From: Rebecca billardiae RCC1528
Taxonomy: Eukaryota; Protista; Haptophyta
Direction: 5' to 3'
Length of the DNA: 64,000 bases
Assembly (NCBI GenBank): GCA_965240325.2
Contig: OZ251224.1
Location: forward strand, 3,534,001 to 3,598,000
The notes under the pieces were generated by a model. The model had not been told where the DNA came from. It searched no databases and saw only the letters and a program-made list of their open reading frames with translations. The position numbers and the translations under genes are program-made. Shown in pieces: positions 19,502-30,100 of the stretch; positions within the stretch are counted from its first letter, which is position 1, and the number at the start of each line of letters is the position of its first letter.

Positions 19502-21787
19502 ATGGCGCGCTTCAGCGTCGTCGGCGTGCTCGCGCTCGCCGCGAGCGCATGCCCGCCGGCGAGCGCACGGCCGAGTACCACGCCCGCCCGCTCGTGGCGA
19601 ACCTCTGCGCGCCCGGTGCCGCTGCTGCGACGAGCCGCACCGCCGCGCGCGCGCGTGACGGGCACCGAGGGCGCCGCGCGCGCGGCGCGCCGCGAGGAGC
19701 GCGCGGCGCAGTGGGCGCAGCTGGGCGCGCTGTGCAAGCAGGAGGCGCCACTCCTCGTCGCGTCCACCTTCTTCATGATCGGCGCCGCCGTGTGCGACGC
19801 CTCGATCCCCTACTACACGTCGGCCGCGCTGTACGCCGCAACCTCGGGCGCAGCGGCTGAGCCGGGCGCGTGCGCGCGCGCGGTGCGTCGGCTGGTGGGC
19901 GTGGGCGTGCTCTCCGCGCTGTTCACGGGCGCGCGGGGCTGCGCGTTCTGGATCGCGGGCGCGCGCGTCCTCCGCCGCCTCAAGGCGCGCCTCTTCGCCG
20001 CGCTGCTCGGCAAGCCGACCCCGTTCCACGACAAGCTCGAGTCCTCGACGCTCGCGAGCCGGCTCGCGTCGGACACGGGCAAGATCTCGGACGTGGTGAG
20101 CTTCAACCTGAACATCATCGCGCGGCAGGGGATCCAGGCCGTCGTCGCGCTCGCGTGGCTCCTCTCCATCCACGCGCGGCTCACGCTTGTCCTCATCGCC
20201 GGGCTGGTCGGCACGTTTGGGCTCAACCAGATCTACACCAAGGTGAACCGTGACCTGGCGGCGCGCACGCAGACGGCGGTGGCGGAGGCGACGACGGTGG
20301 CGACGGAGGACTTCCGGCTGGTGCGCACGATCAAGGTGCACGCCACCGAGCAGCGCGAGGCCGAGCGGTACGACGCCACCTGCCGCCGCATCGAGGCCCT
20401 GCAGGAGAAGCAGGGCACGGTGTACGGCCTTGCGCGCGTGGCCAACGGCATGAGCACCGCGCTGCTCGGCGCGGTGGTGCTGGCGGTGGGGAGCTCGCTG
20501 GTGGCGCGCGGCGCGCTCTCGGCGCAGCAGCTCACCACGTTCGTGCTGAGCGGCTCGACCGTCACCTCCGCCTCCTCCGGCATCGGCGAGCAGTGGGTGA
20601 AGGTGCAGGAGGCGCTGGGCGCTGCTGAGGAGGTCCTCAGGCTGATGCAGCCGCAGCCGCAGCTGCAGCCGCAGGCGCTGCCGCTGCCGCAGACGCAGAC
20701 GCAGACGCAGACTCAGACGCAGACGCAGCCGCTGCCGACGCAGTCGCAGCCGCAGCAGGGGCAGGCACGGGAGCAGGCGCAGGCGTGGGAGCAGGCGCTG
20801 GCGGAGGCGCAGGCACAGCCGGATCGGGATGCACAGGGGCAGGCCGTGTCGCAGCAGCCGCCCGCGCGAGACGCGCCGCGCGAGACGCGGGCCGCGCCTC
20901 GGGAGGGCGAGGCGGCTGCGGAGCCGCCCCACCCGCTGCCGGGCGCAGGCGCTGCCGCCGGGCCTTTGGCGCACGCCGAGGCGCCCGCCATCGAGCTGCG
21001 CGACGTGAGCTTCTCGTACCCCGGCGCGCCCGGCGTGCCCGTGCTGCGCGGCGTGAACATGGTGGTGCGGCGCGGGCAGCTCGCCGCGCTGGTCGGCGCG
21101 TCGGGCTCAGGCAAGTCGTCGGTGATGCGGCTGCTCTGCGGGCTGTACAGCGCCGACGGCGGCGAGGTGCGGCTGGAGGGCGCCGAGCTGGCCGAGCTCG
21201 AGCGCGCGGCGCTCGCGCGGCGCGTGGCGTGGCTGCCACAGGAGCCCCAGCTCTTCATCGGCTCGATCGGCGAGAACATCGCCTACGGGCTCGAGCCTGG
21301 CTCCTTCTCAGCCGAGCAGGTGCGCGCGGCCGCCGAGCGCGCCAACGCGCACGGCTTCGTCACCGAGCTGGGCGGGTACGAGACGCAGGTGGGCGAGGGC
21401 GGCGGCAGGCTGAGCGGCGGGCAGCGGCAGCGCATCGCCGTGGCGCGCGCGCTCATGCGCGGCTCGAGCGTCCTCCTCCTCGACGAGCCCACATCCGCGC
21501 TCGACGCCGCCTCGGAGCGCGTCGTGCACGACGTGGTGCGCACGCTCGTGCCGGAGCGGACGGTGCTCATGATCGCGCACCGGATCTCGACGGTGAAGGA
21601 GGCGGACGTGATCTTCGTGATGGACGGCGGCGTGGTGGTCGAACAGGGCACGCACCAGGAGCTGCTCGCACGCGGCGGCGCGTACGCCGAGCTCGTGCAC
21701 GGCGCGCGGGGACGGCGTGCTGCCAGCGGCGGCATGCTGCTCGGCGATGACGCGCCCACCGCCGGCAGCAGCCTGAGCGCGCGATGA
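19502..21787 (+). CDS. ABCB (TAP-like) half-size ABC transporter, with probable bipartite signal+transit presequence
   Basis: TMD followed by NBD: GASGSGKS, PQEP, LSGGQRQRIAVAR, LLLDEPTSALD, IAHR. N-terminus MARFSVVGVLALAASA then an R/S/P-rich stretch. Q/T microsatellite linker ~20650-20780. Confidence 0.95.
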   Translation: MARFSVVGVLALAASACPPASARPSTTPARSWRTSARPVPLLRRAAPPRARVTGTEGAARAARREERAAQWAQLGALCKQEAPLLVASTFFMIGAAVCDASIPYYTSAALYAATSGAAAEPGACARAVRRLVGVGVLSALFTGARGCAFWIAGARVLRRLKARLFAALLGKPTPFHDKLESSTLASRLASDTGKISDVVSFNLNIIARQGIQAVVALAWLLSIHARLTLVLIAGLVGTFGLNQIYTKVNRDLAARTQTAVAEATTVATEDFRLVRTIKVHATEQREAERYDATCRRIEALQEKQGTVYGLARVANGMSTALLGAVVLAVGSSLVARGALSAQQLTTFVLSGSTVTSASSGIGEQWVKVQEALGAAEEVLRLMQPQPQLQPQALPLPQTQTQTQTQTQTQPLPTQSQPQQGQAREQAQAWEQALAEAQAQPDRDAQGQAVSQQPPARDAPRETRAAPREGEAAAEPPHPLPGAGAAAGPLAHAEAPAIELRDVSFSYPGAPGVPVLRGVNMVVRRGQLAALVGASGSGKSSVMRLLCGLYSADGGEVRLEGAELAELERAALARRVAWLPQEPQLFIGSIGENIAYGLEPGSFSAEQVRAAAERANAHGFVTELGGYETQVGEGGGRLSGGQRQRIAVARALMRGSSVLLLDEPTSALDAASERVVHDVVRTLVPERTVLMIAHRISTVKEADVIFVMDGGVVVEQGTHQELLARGGAYAELVHGARGRRAASGGMLLGDDAPTAGSSLSAR

Positions 21788-22443
21788 GTGCGGCAGTGCG
21801 GTGCTGTGACGACTGACGAGCGCAATCGGACGGTGGTGTCTGCTGACTGCTATCACGGCGGGGGCTTACGTCACAGCAGTCATTCGTCATAGACGCGCCT
21901 ATGCTGTCGACGACGCGACTCCTCGTCTCCTCGGTTACGCGGTAGATCGTCGCCAAGTGCCACTTAGTGAAGTGCGACGACTACTTATTACGACACCGTC
22001 GCAGAGGCCAGACGAGCTCCGGGACGACTTACTTATTAGTACGGCGACCGGTATATTGTCTTACTCTTACGACTGCGCGAAGTACAACGAGACCGAGTTC
22101 AGCAGGTCGTCTACTCGACTGATGACTCGACAGACTCGAGCAGGACGACTCGATCTTACTAACACGATTTATAGGTCATATAGGACTCCTCGGGTAGTGA
22201 GTCAGATACCAGCAGGAGTATAGTTACTCCTTATCATCGTCATCATCAGACGACGACTCAGTCGTCGGCGGCCGTTACTCACGGCCGGGACTACGAGTCT
22301 CAGCGCACAGTAAGCCGAGCGCGTCGCATCAGATAGTTACTACGAGTTCGGATTAATGATGATGACTCATCCGTCATCGTGCATCATCACGGACGGCGCG
22401 GACGTAGATTAAAGTCCGTATATCATAATGACGACCCGACCGA

Positions 22444-22598
22444 GTGAGCAGCGAGGCGTGATGGCAACCGTCGCGGACACTGTTAATAGTGCGTTAATGA
22501 CCAGTAGTAGTTGCGCTGAGTCGTGAGCGGCGAGGCGTGATATGGCAATCGTCGCGGACCGACTGTCAATAGTGCGTTACTGACGGACCCGAGTAGTA
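22444..22598. repeat. Imperfect tandem duplication, period ~79 bp
   Basis: gtgagc.gcgaggcgtga..tggcaa.cgtcgcggac..actgt.aatagtgcgtta.tgac..agtagta starts at 22444 and 22523. Confidence 0.8.
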
Positions 22599-22630
22599 CT
22601 ACTAGTAGAATTATTGCTGACATACAACTG

Positions 22631-22663
<33 letters not shown>

Positions 22664-22816
22664 CTTGCATGATGTCTACTGCTAAAGCTACTAATTTTCT
22701 TACTGCCGTATAAGCCGCTCTCGTTATTCCGATTGCGATTTGCAAATTACATATCAGTCATCGCAGTCCAGACACGGCCGACGACCGAGCCGCGAGCGTC
22801 CGACGTCGAGTAGTTA

Positions 22817-24324
22817 CTACCGCGCGTCGACGCACTGCGTCTTCGCGGGCGGCAGCGCGGCCGGCACGGCAGATCGGGCTCCAGCAGCGCTCGCGTTGGC
22901 GTAGATGGCACCGATCGCCGCCTTCACCTGCCGCCACATGGCCACCTCGTGCTGCAGTCTGCGCCTGAGCTCCGCCGTACCCTGCCCCTTGGCTGCGTGA
23001 CCACCGGCGGGCTGGTGCTTCTCGGGCAAGCAGTTCGCCGCCATCAGCTGCTCGAGCGAGCGCCCGCCGAACCCCCTGCACGTGAGCACGGACCGCCGCC
23101 AGTCGGGTGGGAGCCAGCAAGGCACCTGCCCCGAGCCGCCGCCGCCCTCGAGCCCGCGCCAAAGCTGGCCAAGCTTGTGGCTCATCTCGCCGCGTTGGTA
23201 CCAAAGCAGCTCCTTCTGCGTCGGGTCGTGCGGGTCCCAGCCGGGGACGACGGTGAGCTCGCTCAGGATGGGCAGCGGGTGCGCCTCGTACCAGTCGACG
23301 CGCATGAAGAGGCCAAACGCCTTGCCGAGGACGGACGAGAGCGCGAGCATCACCTTCCCGTGCCCGGGCACAGGGCAGCGCATGCGCTGGCCGCGCTTGA
23401 GCAGGTACATATCGTACGCCTCGGTCGTGAGGTTCGAGCCGCCGTGGAGCCGCCGCGTGCACCCGCGCGGCATGTGCCGGCAGTGCAGGCACACCTGGCA
23501 CGCGTGCGTGTCCGGCCCTGTGTGCGAGCGCTTGGGCAGGAAGAGAGTGAACGCCACGTTGCCGCCGAAGACGTGCATCTTCACGTCGTTGGCGAAGCGC
23601 GTTGGGTTGGCCATCGAGTAGACGAGCTCCTCGACCGCGTAGTTCCAGTGGGCGTGGCCGTCCTCGCGCTGGCGCTCGGCGACGATGTCGGCGATCGTCA
23701 TCCGCTTGCCGCGCAGCTGCTCCAGCCCATTGTGCACCACGTACACCTGACGGCCGCACGGATGCGCCCGGCGAGAGGGGCGCGCGTAGAGTGGGGTGCG
23801 TAGGGTGCGCAGGGCGTGTAGGGTGCGCAGGGCGCGCAGAGGGCGCACGCGCGCGCGTGGTAGGTAGGCGCACGACGCACCTGCTTCGCGCTCGCGCCCT
23901 CGAGCCGCTTGAGCACGTAGTTGCGCGGCGTCCCAATGTGCGGATCGTGGATGCGCAGCAGGTCGCGCACGTTGCTGGTGCAGAAGTAGCGGCGTGCCAT
24001 CTTCACGCCGAGCACTTGCATCAGGTGAAACACGAGGTGCTTCGACTCCATCAACGCCTTCATCCAGTTCAGGTGGTCGCGCGCCGAAGGCGGGTACAGG
24101 CAGTGTCCACACCGTGCCTTGGCGTTGTAATTCAGCCGGTTGAGCCGTGCCTGCATGAGCTCGCGGAGCTGCGTGCGCGAGTTGCACGTCGCGTACAGGG
24201 CAGTACCCGATGCACCAGGGCACGCGCGCAGGCCCTGCGCCGGGGTAACCCCCGCCGCGGCGGTGCCCGCCGCCGCCGTCGCCACCGCGAGAAGAATGTG
24301 CGCTGCTACCTGCACGGCGGCCAT
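22817..24324 (-). CDS. Secreted/lumenal TupA-like ATP-grasp protein; exons 24324-23881 and 23746-22817, GT-AG intron 23880-23747 (134 nt), ~457 aa
   Basis: Signal peptide MAAVQVAAHILLAVATAAAG; YVLKRLEGAS, YAVEEL, DVKMHVFGG, FMRVDWY and LSELTVVPG match the TupA ATP-grasp pattern. CAG|GTGCGT...TCAG|GTG joins the two frames. Confidence 0.8.
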
Positions 24325-24473
24325 GATTGCGACGGCCGACCGGGACGGTGAGGCGGTTCACAATCCGGGCGAAGTGGTCCAACGGTCACGTCGTCTTGCT
24401 CCACTTTTGACGTCAAGGACGCCACGGCGGCGCGCACCGTGCCTCGACGGGGAAGAAGGAGCCGCACGCACAG

Positions 24474-26048
24474 ATGGACGAAGGCAGCGCCGCGGTGAAG
24501 ATGCTTCGGCGCAGATCGGTACGGGGTGACGCGCGTGCCACGTACCTTCTGGCTGTTCGCCTCGCAAGTGGAGACGGCGTCGCTCAGAACGAGCGCGAGG
24601 CGGCCCGCCTGTACCACATCGCCGCCGAGCGTGGGCTGGCGGATGCTCAGTCCAGGCTTGGCGATTGTCATGGTCGGGGCGAGCTTGGACTCGACCAGGA
24701 CGCCATCAAGGCAGTGCACTGGTGCCAGCTGGCGGCTGAGCAGGGCCACGCAGAGGCGCAGTTCAACCTGGGCTGCTGCTACAAGGAGGGCGAGGGCGTG
24801 CCGCAGGATATGGCGGAGGCACTGCGCTGGTGCCGGCTGGCGGCCAAACAGGGCTACGCATTCGCGCAGCTCAACCTGGGCACGTGCTGCTATAAGGGCG
24901 AGGGCATGCCGCAGGACGTGACCAAGGCGGCACGCTGGTACCGGCTGGCGGCCGAGCAGGGCCTCGCATGGGCGCAGTTCAACCTGGCCGTATGCTGCGC
25001 GAATGGGGAGGGCGTGCAGCAGGATATGGCAGAGGCGGTGCGCTGGTACCGGCTGGCGGCCGAGCAGGGAGATGCCGATGCGCAGAACAGGCTGGGCATC
25101 TGCTGCGCGAATGGCAAGGGCGTGCCGCAGGACTGGGCCGAGGCGGCGCGCTGGTACCGGCTGGCGGCCGAGCAGGGCGACGCATCCGCGCAGTGCAGCC
25201 TGGGCTGGTGCTGCCAGAATGGCGAGGGCGTGCCGCAGAACTGGGCCGAGGCGGCACGCTGGTACCGGCTGGCGGCCGAGCAGGGCGAAGCATCCGCGCA
25301 GTTCAGCCTTGGCGTGTGCTACTATGAAGGCAAGGGCGTGACGCAGGACTGGGCCGAGGCGGCGCGCTGGTACCGGCTGGCGGCCGAGCAGGGCAACGCA
25401 GTTGCGCAGTGCTTTCTGGGCTGGTTCTTCAAGAATGGCGAGGGCGTGACGCAGGACTGGGCCGAGGCGGCGCGCTGGTACCGGCTGGCGGCCGAGCAGG
25501 GCAACGCAGTTGCGCAGTGCAACCTGGGCTGGTGCTTCAAGAATGGCGAGGGCGTGACGCAGGACTGGCCCGAGGCGGCGCGCTGGTACCGGCTGGCGGC
25601 CGAGCAGGGCAACGCAGTTGCGCAGTGCTTTCTGGGCTTGTGCTGCAAGAATGGCGAGGGCGTGCCGCAGGACTGGGCTGAGGCGGCGCGCTGGTACCGG
25701 CTGGCCGCTGATGGTGGCGATGCACTCGCGCATTACCGGCTCGGACGGCTTCTGCTGGCAGGCGAGGGCGTGGAGCGCGACATGGTGGAGGGCGCGCAGC
25801 TGCTACGCCGTGCGCATGAGCTCGACAGCACTCTCGACCCTTGTGATGTGCTCGTCACCGAGTACATGGGGGATCGCGAGGTGGCGTCCAAGTGCTGCCT
25901 CGTGTGTGCCAAGACGGACCGTCGCACCTTGAAGAAGTGCGACCGGTGCCACGTGGCGGTGTTCTGCTCGCATGACCACCTGCGGCTGGCGTGGAAGGCG
26001 CACAAGCCGCACTGCAACGAATGGCGGCAGCAGGGACCTGCAGCCTAA
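24474..26048 (+). CDS. Sel1-like repeat protein (12 repeats) with C-terminal MYND zinc finger
   Basis: 36-aa repeats AQxxLGxxxxxGxGVxQDxAEAARWYRLAAEQG; CLVC..CDRC..FCSHDH..WKAHKPHC at the C-terminus. Confidence 0.95.
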   Translation: MDEGSAAVKMLRRRSVRGDARATYLLAVRLASGDGVAQNEREAARLYHIAAERGLADAQSRLGDCHGRGELGLDQDAIKAVHWCQLAAEQGHAEAQFNLGCCYKEGEGVPQDMAEALRWCRLAAKQGYAFAQLNLGTCCYKGEGMPQDVTKAARWYRLAAEQGLAWAQFNLAVCCANGEGVQQDMAEAVRWYRLAAEQGDADAQNRLGICCANGKGVPQDWAEAARWYRLAAEQGDASAQCSLGWCCQNGEGVPQNWAEAARWYRLAAEQGEASAQFSLGVCYYEGKGVTQDWAEAARWYRLAAEQGNAVAQCFLGWFFKNGEGVTQDWAEAARWYRLAAEQGNAVAQCNLGWCFKNGEGVTQDWPEAARWYRLAAEQGNAVAQCFLGLCCKNGEGVPQDWAEAARWYRLAADGGDALAHYRLGRLLLAGEGVERDMVEGAQLLRRAHELDSTLDPCDVLVTEYMGDREVASKCCLVCAKTDRRTLKKCDRCHVAVFCSHDHLRLAWKAHKPHCNEWRQQGPAA

Positions 26049-27125
26049 TAATCATATCACTTCATCGCGTCATCAATCGCACTACCCGGTCAATAGCCGA
26101 TTAGCAGCTATACGTTTTGCTATACAGTATATATATATATAGTGTACTGACGAGAAATATATTCTCGTCGATCATCATTACTTATTATTTATTATTATTG
26201 ATGAGGACATTGTCACATGATGATCATCATCATATCTATCTTTAGTATCTATCTCAGCTGGACGCCAGTGACGTCTGACTGAGTGACGACTCGTCGGTCC
26301 ATCCGCGGGTGACCGGGCCGGGGTGGTCCGACGGTAGTCCCTTTTGGCTCCCGGATTTATGGCGCACGCCCCCCCCCCCCGAAAGGTCTGAGCGTGAGCG
26401 AAACTCCGGGGGGGCGGCGCAATTGCTCCGTCGCAAAATCAAAAAGAGGATGCGCGCAGGATTTTGGGGATTTTGTAGAAGGTGGATTTAGCAGGTGTGA
26501 AAAGCGCATTAATTTGCTGCTAAGTGGATTGCACTGCCCTTGCTCCCCTGAGCAGTAGATTTGATTGCGTTTCTACGACTGCCCCTTAATTTTAAGATAG
26601 TAAGTAATATATATATATATATATATATACGAAGAAATCGAATAAAGCAAATACAGCTGGGGCGGGCCCCAGGCCGCTGCTACGGAGTCAGTCAGTTCTC
26701 GTCCAGACTCCAGCTAGAGTATATATATATATAGCAGCAGCGTACTACGACTGCTGTACTGATACGCGTATATTCGTCTACGTCGTATCTGAGCAGTGTA
26801 GTAGTCTAAGTGAGTCGATCTTAGTAGAATGCGTCGTCATCCGCTGTCATCGGCGGGGCGAATCGGCGGCACATCATCGCGTTGCGATCTTAAATCAGCG
26901 CAGCAAATCACGGACGCGCGATCGATCGATATCGTCATTCGATCGAGAGACTCAGTCAGAGAGCGGGCTTTTACTGGCGAGCTAGAGCTATAGATGAGAC
27001 TGCTAATCAGGACCCTACGACGATGACTACAACGAGTACGTGATGACTGCGTTGTCATGGCCTCGTCCTCATCCTCGCCTGCTTCGATGAAGGTGCCATG
27101 CATCGCCGTCATACTCGTCGCGGCG

Positions 27126-30100
27126 CTAGCGGCGCTTGATGCCAGGCCCGCCCCTCCCGACGCTGAGCGCCTCGAGGTGCTGCTCGAGCAGCTGCTGGGA
27201 GCCGCCGCCGCGCCCGGCACCGGCAGAGATCACCGCGCTCGGGTCGGAGGACATGGCGCCCGTGACGCGCACGCGCCGGGTCGACTCGAGCCGATCGAGC
27301 GCGGCGCCGACGCCCGCGCCACTCGCGAGCGCGCCCTGCCGCGGCTGCGGCGGCGGGAGCGACGGGCGCGCGTGCACGGGGCCGAGGGCGGCCGCAGGCG
27401 TGCCGTCCGCGCCGAGCTCCGTCGCCACCGCCCCGTGGAGCGGTGGCGTCGGCGTCGGCTCTGGAGCGTCCGCGCTCGGCGGCCGGAGGCTGGCCATCAG
27501 CGGCAGCGAGTCGGGGGGCAGCCCCGTGCGAGCGTGCGGCGGCGGCGGCGGCGGGTGCGTCGCGAGCGCGCTCCGCTGCCCCAGCACGACGGCGGGCGGC
27601 AGCTCAACCTCGCTCGGCAGCGCGCGGCGGACCGGGTAGAGCTGCTGCTGGAAGGCGAACTTGGCACGGCCGGCGGCGGCGCCGTCCTCGCGCCGCGCGC
27701 CGCCGGCGTGCTTTGCCTGCTGCCTCTCGGCGCGCGCCTCCCTCGCGGCACGCACCGCGCTGAGCGCGTGCAGCTGCGCGTCCCACACAGCCTGCCCCGA
27801 GCTCAGCAGCTCGGCCTGCCTCGCCTCCCAGCGCGCGAGCGCGAGTGCGAGCTGCTGGCCCTGCCGCTCGAGGAAGGGCTCGGCGGCGGCGTCGGCGCCG
27901 CCCGCCGCCGCCGCGGCGCTCGGCTCGCCCTGCCGCCGGATCTGGCGCAGCACGCGCCGCACCTCGTCGGCGTGCGCGGCGCGCGCCGCCGCGGCCGCGT
28001 CCTGCAGGTCCTTCTGCCGCTTGAGCGCGTGCCGCGCCGAGAGCTGAAGTGTTGCGAGCCGTCGCTCCGCGTGCAGGAGCGCAGTGCCGAGCTTGCCAAT
28101 CTCGGCGGCGGCGAGGCGCACGACCTCGGCGTGCGCGGGGATCTCCGGGATCCCCTCCGCGCCGGGCTGCCCGGCCGAGCCGCCGCTCGCGCGCGCCACC
28201 GCCTCCGCCACCGCCTCCGCCGGCAGCACGGGCACGACGTCGTCCTCGATCGCGTCCGCCACCGCTCGCAGCCCGACGCGCTCCGCGAGCTCGAAGCGGC
28301 GGTAGCTGAGGAGCGCGCGCTCGAGCCGGCCGAGCAGCTCGAGGGTGAGCGAGGTGACGGCGGCAGCCTCGGCCTCGGCGTGGGCGAGCTCGGCGGCGGA
28401 CGCGCCGCCGCCCGCCGCGGGCGCGGCGGGCGGCGGCGTCGGGCGCGCGGCGACGATGGCGGTGCCTGAGACTAGGGCGGCCCGCGCCGCGCCCGCGCCG
28501 CCGCCGGCCGCCGGCTGCGCGGCGGCGGCGGCGGCGTGCTGCAGCCTCGCCGTCTCCCACGCGGTCCGGTGCGCCTTGGACGGGTGCTGCGGCGGGCGCA
28601 GCAGCGCGGCCATCCGCGGGTCATCGCCCCGCGGCAGCGTCGGCAGGATCGGCTTGGTCCGCGCGAGGAACAGCGACACGGCCGCGCGCAGATCGGGCGC
28701 ACCGTCGAGCGGCGCGCCGTCCACGTTCCGCTCGGCCTCGGCGAGGAGGCGCGCCTCGCGCACCTCGAGCGCGTCGCGCTCGGCGCGCGCGCGCGCCACC
28801 GCCTGCCGCAGCGCCAGCTCCGTGCCGTCCGGCTCCGTCTGCGCCGCCGACTGCACGTGCGACGCGCGCCGCGCCGCCTCGGCGGCGAGCGCGCTCCGCG
28901 CCGACTCGAGCTCGGCCGCGGCGGGGCGCAGTGCCCCGAGCTCGGTGTTCTGCCGCTCGACCGTCGCCTCAGCGGCGGCGAGCGCCTCCCGCGCGCTGCT
29001 CAGCTGCGCCTGCAGCTCGCGCCGCGCGCGCACGGCGCTCGCGGCCGTCGTGGCCGCCTTCGCCGCCTCCGTCTCCGCCGTGGTCAGCCGCGTGAGCGCG
29101 CGCTGCGTTCGGTCTCGCTCGGCGGCGAGCGCGCCCTCGGACGCGGCGAGCCGCTGCCCGATAGTTGTGAGCGCGGACGAGGCGGTCATGGGCGCGAGCT
29201 TGGACGCGGACATGCGGGTGGACGAGCGCCTGGACACGCCATGGTGCGAGCTGCCGCCGCCCTCCGTGTCGGTGCCGTGCCCGTCCGCCTCGGGCGCGCC
29301 CTCGGAGGCGGCGGAGGCGCCATCCTCCCCCTCCTCGTGCACGCGGACGGCATGGATGAGTGCGGCCGTCTCCGCGACCGCCGCCTCCGCCGCGTTCCGC
29401 CGCAGCATCTTGCGCCGCCACATCTCGCGCTCCTCGGCGAACTGCGAGGCCTGCGCCTCGAGCATCGTCTCGAGGGACGCGGCCTGCGCCTGCGCGGTGC
29501 CGAGCTCGAGCGTCACCTGCTCGAGCTGGAGCTGCATGCGCGCGGCGGCGGAGCGAGCCACCTTGGCCCTGGCAGCGAGGCTGAGCGCGCGCCCGGCGTG
29601 AGCGCTCAGACCCGGCACGCCGCCCGCTCCGCCGCGCGCGCGCTGCTCGGCCGAGCCGCCCTCCGCCTCCGCCTCGGCCTCCGCCGCCGCCTCGCTCGAA
29701 GCCGTCTGCAGCTCGGCGTTCAGCCGCGCCAGCTCGTCGAGCAGCGAGGCGAGCACGGACGGGTCTGCGGACAGCGCGCCGCGCGCCGCCTCGCGCCGCC
29801 GGAGCGGGTCGACCGCCAGCTCGTCGCGCTGCGCAATCTCGAGCAGATCTCGAGATGCCTGCGAGATGTGCCGGCGCAGCGCGCCGCCCCTGGGCGCCTC
29901 GGCGCCCGCCGCGCCGGCGTCCGCGCCCACGGACGCGCCGCCCGCGGGCACGGCCGCCTCGGCCGGCGCCCCCGCCGCGAGCCGCGGCGGCGGCGCGCCG
30001 TCGCCGTTGTCGCCCACCGCTGGCTCGGGCGGCGCGTTCGCCGCCGTCGCGGCGAGCAGTGAGATGGTGCGCTGGAACGCTGCGCTCGAGGGGCGCGCCG

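Noticed and set aside
23881-24382. N-terminal part of the 521-aa ORF 22817-24382
   Set aside because: Wrong frame upstream of the intron; the true exon 1 is in the 24324 frame.
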